NCBI GenBank assembly: GCA_977017645.1
Contig: OZ360236.1
Span: 48,980,001-49,044,000 of the forward strand
Direction: 5' to 3'
DNA: 64,000 bases
DNA from: Torpedo marmorata
Taxonomy: Eukaryota
Each line of letters begins with the position of its first letter. Within the stretch, counting starts at the first letter, position 1. Of the stretch, positions 56,990 to 64,000 are shown piece by piece. A model generated the notes under the pieces. It saw only the letters and a list, made by a program, of their open reading frames with translations. It had not been told where the DNA came from and made no database searches. Position numbers and translations under genes: made by a program.

Positions 56990-58490
56990 TTTCCGCTTTA
57001 TTGTGAGAGTACATACATGACATCGCATACAACCCTGAGATTCTTTTTCCTGCAGGCGAGGCAGAATTACCACTTATTGGTAGTGCAAAAAAAAACTGTA
57101 CACAGCGTATACATGCTCAATTTATGTATGTAAATCAGTGGTTTTCAAACTGCCCCCCTTAAACTCACATACCACCTGAAGCAATCCCAATGCCATAAGT
57201 GCTCTGTGATTAGTAAGGGATTGCTTAAGGTGGTATGTGAGTGGGAAGAAAAAGTTTGAAAACCACTGTTTTAATCGTACCTAATTGACTCATTATGTGC
57301 TCGGTTTCATAACTCCAAAGGAAATGGGCCAATGACAATTTTTCTCAAGCAAAATATTTCAGTAACAATTGGATCGAGAGCAGTGGTTCTCAACCTTCCC
57401 ATCACACTCACATACCTTCTTAAGCAATCCCTTACTAATCACATTGCACTTATGGCATAGGGATTGCTTAAGGTGGAATGTGAGGTTAGGGGGGCAGTTT
57501 GAAAATCACTGATGTAAACAAATAAAGAAATGTAAACAAACTGTGCAGTACAGAAAAAAATCAATAAAGTGCAAAAGAGTCCTTCAATGAGTCTCTGATT
57601 GAGTTTATTGTTGAGGATTCTGATGGTGAAGGAGTAGCAGCTGTTCCTGAACCTGGTGGTGCAAGTCTTGTGGCACCTACACCTCTTTCCTGATGGTAGC
57701 AGCGAGAACAGAGTGTGTGCTGGGTGATGTGGATCCTTGATGATTGCTGCTGCTCTTCGACAGCAGCGTTCCCTGTAGATGTTCTTGATGGTGGGGAGGG
57801 TTTTACATGTGATGTTCTGGGCTGTGTCCACTACCTTTTGCAGAGCTTTCCTCTCGCGTATTGGTGCCCCCATACCAGACCGAAATGCAGACAGTCAGCA
57901 CCCTTTCCATCACACATCTGTGGAAATTTGCCAGGGTTTCCGATGTCATACCAAACTCTGCAGACTCCTGAGGAAGTAGAGGTGGTAACGTGCTTTCTTC
58001 ATGATGCCATTTGTGCGTTGGGTCCAGGAAAGATCCTCTGCGATCATGACTTCCAAGAACTTAAATTTGCTCACCCTCTCCACCTCTGATTTCCCCCAAA
58101 TGATCACTGGATTGTTTACCTCTGGCTTTTCTTTCCTGAAGTCAACAATCAGCTCCTTGGTTTTGGTAACATTGAGTGCGATGTTGTTATTGGTGCACCA
58201 TTCAGCCACGTTTCCCTCCTGTATGCTGACTCATCGCTCTTTTTTATACAACCCACTACCGTGGTCTCGTCAGCAAATTTGTAGATGGTGTTGTACCGAG
58301 CCACACAGTCATAGGTGTATAGCAAGTAGAGCAGGGGTCTAAGAGCGTTGCCCTGTGGTGCTCTGGTACTGATGGAGATTGTGGAGGAGATGTTCTTACC
58401 GATCCTCACTGATTGTGGACTGGAGGTGAGGAAATCCAGGATGCAATTACACAGGGAGGTGTTGAGTCCCAGGTCTTGGAGTTTGCTGAT
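56990..58490 (-). mobile_element. 5'-truncated Rex1 LINE (family of 50190), split by a hAT MITE
   Basis: YKFADETT and KDPHHPAHTLFSLLPSG motifs; aligns to 50190-51350. Confidence 0.85.
57136..57511. mobile_element. hAT-Charlie-like composite MITE
   Basis: TIRs cagtggttttcaaactgccccc / gggggcagtttgaaaatcactg with an 8-bp TSD atgtaaat/atgtaaac. Confidence 0.85.
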
Positions 58491-58966
58491 AAAGGAGATG
58501 CAAATGAGGGCTGAGTTAATGGAAGATTGGGTAACTGTTTTCCAGAATACCTCTGTTCAATATGCAAAGGTGACTCTGAATTTCCCCTGCCTATCAGTTG
58601 GTTTCTCCATCCCCACTCCTATCAACTATGACTGGCCTCCTAGAATGTTGCAAAAAACAACAATTCAATCAGTGGGGCAGCAATTCATCTCTGACTGAAG
58701 AGGAGTTGCTTGTAGAGTACTGAAGAAGGTAGGGGAGGGGTGCGGGAAGAAGTTGTCTCTGAAAAAATAAAGTTGCATTACCTGCATTTCAATCTAGTCA
58801 CTGATCAAAAACTTTTTCCACAGAGGGAGGGAGGAAAATCACAATTATTTTAGTGGTGTTCATTATTAAATGTTTCCATAATTTTATTTGAAATTAAAGG
58901 TTTATAAACTTGTAAGTTGTCTATTTAATGTGTTGTATGTATAACAAGATATCTCCTATTTTGCAG

Positions 58967-59814
58967 AGGATGCAGACTACAGTGCTTTTGGTACAGATAC
59001 CATAACACGGAAAAAGAACGTCTTGTCAAACGTACTGCGTCCTGATGTTAATCGCAAGAAACCCTCAATTGCAATCAGCTTACCACGTGATTTCCGTCCA
59101 GTGTCTTCAATCATTGATGTGGACATTCTTCCAGAAACCCATCGAAGAGTGCGGCTATACAAGCATGGGTCTGATAAACCGCTTGGTTTCTATATCCGTG
59201 ATGGCTCAAGTGTTCGCGTAACACCTCACGGGCTTGAAAAAGTACCTGGCATTTTCATTTCTAGATTGGTTCAAGGGGGATTGGCAGAAAGCACTGGTCT
59301 GTTAGCTGTAAATGATGAAGTTCTTGAGGTGAATGGGATTGAGGTGTCAGGAAAAAGTCTTGATCAGGTGACTGATATGATGATAGCAAATAGCCATAAT
59401 CTCATCATTACTGTGAAGCCAGCAAATCAAAGAAATAATATTGTGAGAATCAGTCGGACTTCTGGTAGTTCAGGTCAGTCCACTGACAGTGGAACTAGCC
59501 ATCTTGCTTACATAGCATCTCCACATGTTATTCAAAATTTCCATTCTGAAGAATTAGACAGTGATGAAGAAACAGACCTGGTCATTGAGGGCAGTGGTGA
59601 GCCACAGCATATTCCAGTGGCAACTTCTACCAGTGCCAGCATAGCATCTTTAATAAAAACTGACCATAATCATGCCTCAACTTCAAACGGTTCTGTGGCT
59701 GGAATCAAAGAAAATGTGCATATACAATCAGCTCCCGTGAAAGCGGATCTTCTCGAAAAAGAAAATGTGAATGGGCAAACCATTGAGGAGGATGGCACTG
59801 TTATTACACTCTAG
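58967..59814 (+). CDS. PARD6B: Partitioning defective 6 homolog beta, final coding exon (semi-CRIB + PDZ + C-terminal PDZ-binding motif)
   Basis: The acceptor ctcctattttgcag ends at 58966. The phase-1 exon reads (E)[94 protein letters not shown]. The [10 protein letters not shown] start, the [11 protein letters not shown] segment and the C-terminal ITL match PARD6B rather than PARD6A or PARD6G. Confidence 0.93.
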
Positions 59815-61444
59815 GCTTCTTGATCTGCACTTAGAGGTGCCAGTATTTTGTTTGTAAGGTTTGCCTGTTGTACAGTAGCTTTATCATAATGCAAATTGCT
59901 CACTTTTGTGAAATGGGCATCATAATCTCTCTAGTTTGTATCTCCAAAAGTACAGTGTAGTAAGATTTTTCACTGGCTGGGCCTGTTCCTTTATGTGTGT
60001 ATATATATAGACAGAGAATTTTTCAAACAACCACCACTTTTAGAAAGGAGAAACAAAACCCTCCCTCCCAATCCAATGTATCAAAGAAAAGAATGACCTG
60101 GCATTATTCTTGCCTAAAGACAATGATATTTTTCTGATTGTTGAAGTAGATTAAGAAGTGTCTCTTCACAGTACCAGTTATTGGAAGTGGTGGTCTACTT
60201 AATTTCCTTTAGATTTTAAACTTTTTTGAAAAATTCTAACATAACCACACTAAATGCCTCTCACGAGCTTGTTTTATTGTCCTTTTTAGAAGACTGCATG
60301 TAATTGGTACGATATCATTAGGTACTTTTTATAACTAGCACATTTAACAAAGTTGCACAAGAAGATGGGATCAAGTGTAATTAAAATTTAGCACTATTCT
60401 TATAACTAAATTGCTATTTAATTTCTTTATGAAATGCATACTGCAGAGACGAGAGTGCAAAATTCAGTTTTAACAGACTTTGTTTTTTATCTCGTCTGGA
60501 TTTAAAATAAGCAACACATTAAATACTGTAATCAAAGCTCAAAAAGACAAAAGTAATAACAATATGACTAACATTAAAATTCATATTGGAATTTTTATAT
60601 TAACTACTTGATTGTCATTCTTTAACAAAAAAGGTGTGCAGAGCTAATGTTTATATATCTGGAAATTGGTAGCCAGATTATGTCCAACAGAGAACAAGTG
60701 CATATATACGAGACCAAATGTTCTTTCCTGAAAACCTGTGTTGGGTGGTTGAAATTTGGGCAAAGACATAGGGACATACACTCAACAAACGTTTTGTTTG
60801 GGTCTACACAGTGAAGTTGCCAATTTTTCCTTTTATGACCACCAGGGCCTCAACAGATGAAAATCTAATGGATGATTTATTTTAACTCCTTTTCACTGTT
60901 GTACTTCTGAGGATTTTGGTTTTGAATCTACTTATTGATTAATTCCTACATATGAAAAGAAATGAGTACAGTTACAGTATATTTTGAGCCATTTTTAGAT
61001 GTACAATTAAGATAGGTTTGGGGTTATTCAGGTATGCTTTCACCTTCCTGACTTCAGTTTGTTTCCAAATAAATTTGCATCGAACTATAGTGACATACTG
61101 TAAATACAAACGTGGGAGGCCCAAATTTCCAATGCAGGGCAGTTCACACTGGGGAAAATAAGCACCAAGGTGTTACTTCCAAAAGAAGGCTGGGAATGGC
61201 ATTGGATGGTTGCTGAAAGGTTATTTGCTGACATTGGTTGGAATGTAGATATTTTATTGGTTTTAACATGCTGGTTTGTATAGAAGTCTGCATAAACATG
61301 CTTTCTGTTACAATATACCCTTACCAGGCACAAATCCCAATTATTTTACCCAACTGGAAGTCTTGACCTCTTGTTAGATTCAACACATCATTAAACTGAA
61401 AGTTATCTACCGTATATCTTTTAGGTAACGTATTTTTAAATAAA
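59815..61444 (+). other. PARD6B: Probable PARD6B 3' UTR (true end unknown)
   Basis: AT-rich, TE-poor sequence after the stop codon, with AATAAA at 61068 and 61439 and further candidates near 62950. Confidence 0.45.
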
Positions 61445-63169
61445 ATCTTTTACATAGTTGATCTTATTTTTTAGTTGAAGCTTTGTTTATTTTTTGTTTA
61501 ACTTTTAAAAGTTTGCCATTGTACTTTGTAATCTACCCTTGCTCACCACATTGGAGTCAGGATGTGAGCAAATTGAACAGAATTGTGACAAGAAGTTGCT
61601 CCAAATTCTGCATGCTGCTATATCAGTACATTTAGCTGAAATAAATCTAGACGCCCAGCTTGTAGGAGCTAATCTGATTTGGAGTCCTTGCACAGACCTT
61701 TCCACTATTTATTTTTAAAGTCATTAACATTTTGATCATACAAAATTGTAACACCATGGATGCTGATGTCAGGTGCCATTGGTAGATTTAATGTCTGAGC
61801 ATCCCTGTTTTTTAAACAATGTAAATATAATTTTTCTAACATTTTGCATAACAAAACTAAGCAAACATTCTAATCACAATGTATACTATACATTTATGGA
61901 ATGCAACTTTTATTTGAATGCATAGGATTGATATTTTTGTGAGGCATTCTTTTGAATGTTTTGAATTTGTAGTGTCTGAAGTAATTTTTGTGGTCTTTAA
62001 ATCATTAGTGAAGAATGACCATTTGACAAATGAGTTCTTGGGTTACAACTGTGAAGATCCAAAATTGTCCCTTTTTATTAATCTTCTGGGATAGAGTGGT
62101 GTTCCATTCAGAATAGTTTCCTTTTTTCTTTTTGAAATGCTTATTTACACTGAATTCTGTCACAAATTGTACATGCATTCACATTAGTTTTTTATTATCT
62201 CAGCCACTTCATTCATAAGGAGAGGTGTTGAGCAAAGACCTTACAAAAGGAAAGAAAACTCTTAATTGATTCTGCAAACTCACCCAGCTGTTCTTATTGG
62301 AGTGCCATTGACAGAGATTAAGAAGCAGGATGTCCAAGTGTCTTTTTGTTTGGTACAGGATGAGAGGCAATTTAATTTTGTTATAGTCCAAGTACAGTAC
62401 TGGTTCAAAGTTGCTACTTGTTTAGTAGAAACAAAAGTCAGCAGTTCTGAGTTTGCATTAAATAATCTGCTACATCTCTTTCTGACCTGGTACAATTAAG
62501 GCATTTAATGTTTATGCACATCTTAAAACCACCATCTGTCTTGAGAATAATTTAAATTTGCAATGCAAGTGTGCTTTGTGCAATCCTGAATTTGCACCAC
62601 CTCAAAATTATTTTGTTTTGGCAGGAATTCAGTGAATTTCAGTTTATTATTGATGAAACTGATCTTCTGCTGGCAAGTTGCAAGATGATTCATGCACTTG
62701 TGTAAAACTGACTCATAAAGGCGATTCAAATAATTGATCATTTATCAAATTATAGTTAAAAGAATAAGACTTCTATTTTGATTATTAACCTAAATTAAAT
62801 CTAAACAGAACAGTAATTTGTGGAAATTTTTTGCTTGGCTGTCTATTAATAGGATTTGTGAAATTGGATACACGTTCACATATTTCAACGGTCTTGTTCT
62901 AATTAGCATTTTTTCTGTTTTCACTTGGCTACAAAAAAGTTCTTTTAAAATAAATAAATAAATAAATAAATAAAATGAAATCTTTACAGACATTTCATGA
63001 AACTTAAATTCAGAATCTCAATGATGTTACATTTATAAAATAACTTGATTTTCCTGGTGCAAAGAATTTGTCAAATGCTCATCTTTGGTGAAATGTCAAA
63101 CTGAAAATTATCTGCTTGGAATTCTAATCTCTGCATAGATTTTGTAATTGGCCAACAAGTAAACAGCTG

Positions 63170-63300
63170 AAAAGCAAACTGCTATAGATGCTGGAAATTT
63201 GAAAGAAATATAAAAAATGCTGGAAATACTTGTATCAAGAAGTAAATGTGGTGAGAAAGTTAGTGATTAGGGTCAATGACCTTTCAGTGGATCTTCCTCC
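63170..63300 (-). mobile_element. Degraded Penelope-type tail remnant
   Basis: gatgctggaaatttgaaag..aaaatgctggaaatact resembles the tails at 2150 and 3650. Confidence 0.4.
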
Positions 63301-64000
63301 TTGTTTGGATGTAAAGGCTACAGACCTAAAACATCAGTACTATTTTTCACTATCAACAGTTGCTGTTTGATGTACTGATTGTTTGCAGAATTTTCTTTTG
63401 TAAAAAGAATTAGCTGAAATACTTGAGATTTTGAATTTAAATGGCTAAAAAGCATAAGGGTTTTTTTAAAGATACATATTAAATTAATGGAGTGCTTCAG
63501 GTGGTTGGCTTTCATTGATACAATGCTTGCTGCTTTTCATCCACCATAATAATCTTTTACATTAATAGAATCTTGCGGAGGTTTTAAAGTATTAAATGAA
63601 ATCCTATGGTTGAGTTTTTTAATAACATATCAGATGTACGAATACTGCATGTAACTAAGAATCTGGAGTTTGAACCAACAGTGATTTGACTTTCTGAATT
63701 ACAGTAGTATGGATTTCCTTTAATTGCATAGATTTTGATAAACTTAAGAGTTTCTGAAGTGTTTCTGTGACAGACAGCAGATAAAGTGTGAGCAACTTGT
63801 GAAGGGGAAGAAATGGAAATTATTTTCTGCAAGTTGAAATTTGTACCATTACCAGACTCCAACCATTGCAGATACAAGTTCGCTGATATAGATATAAATG
63901 AGCAATTTTGCAGCATTTTTTCAAACTATCACATTTGTGTACTCATTTAGTACAAATGCCAAGTTACTCAACGGAGTCCATTTTTGTTAGATTAAATTTT

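Larger units (their letters stand above)
1..58966 (+). other. PARD6B: Distal part of a >58.9 kb PARD6B intron, almost entirely TE-derived
   Basis: No upstream PB1-domain exon was recognised in the window, and the last exon has a canonical acceptor. Confidence 0.75.

Noticed and set aside
62209-63916. Short ORFs as exons of a downstream gene
   Set aside because: No recognisable homology or convincing splice-site pairs; AT-rich background.

Overview
This is eukaryotic vertebrate DNA. The repeat families present (V-SINE/HE1-like SINEs, Neptune-type Penelope elements, shark-type CR1 and Rex1/Babar LINEs) suggest a cartilaginous fish, but that is an inference. The only host gene is the last coding exon of PARD6B (58967-59814, +) with its 3' UTR. 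Positions 1-58966 appear to be one very large intron built mostly from two nested transposon clusters. Nest 1 (about 8340-32700): an old minus-strand LINE contains a class III (ERV-L/ERV-S-like, tRNA-Ser-primed, apparently env-less) provirus (9038-25386). That provirus contains a Mag-type Gypsy element (13584-23191, perfect 5-bp TSD). The Gypsy contains a very young tandem Neptune/Penelope insertion (17897-22834) with an intact 1158-aa RT+GIY-YIG ORF flanked by two hammerhead-ribozyme motifs. An intact-ORF Rex1/Babar LINE follows the provirus. Nest 2 (about 37506-56037): a Rex1 element contains a CR1, which contains a near full-length L1, which contains a solo LTR, along with hAT, Harbinger and Tigger-like DNA elements. 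A Tc2-like element and a second Harbinger lie just upstream of this nest. The most interesting candidates are (1) the hammerhead-flanked, sense-oriented, intact Penelope unit inside the host pre-mRNA and (2) the class III provirus with an unexplained ~1.2 kb segment where env would normally lie. All alignments and identity estimates were made by eye, no database searches were run, and boundaries of degraded elements are approximate.
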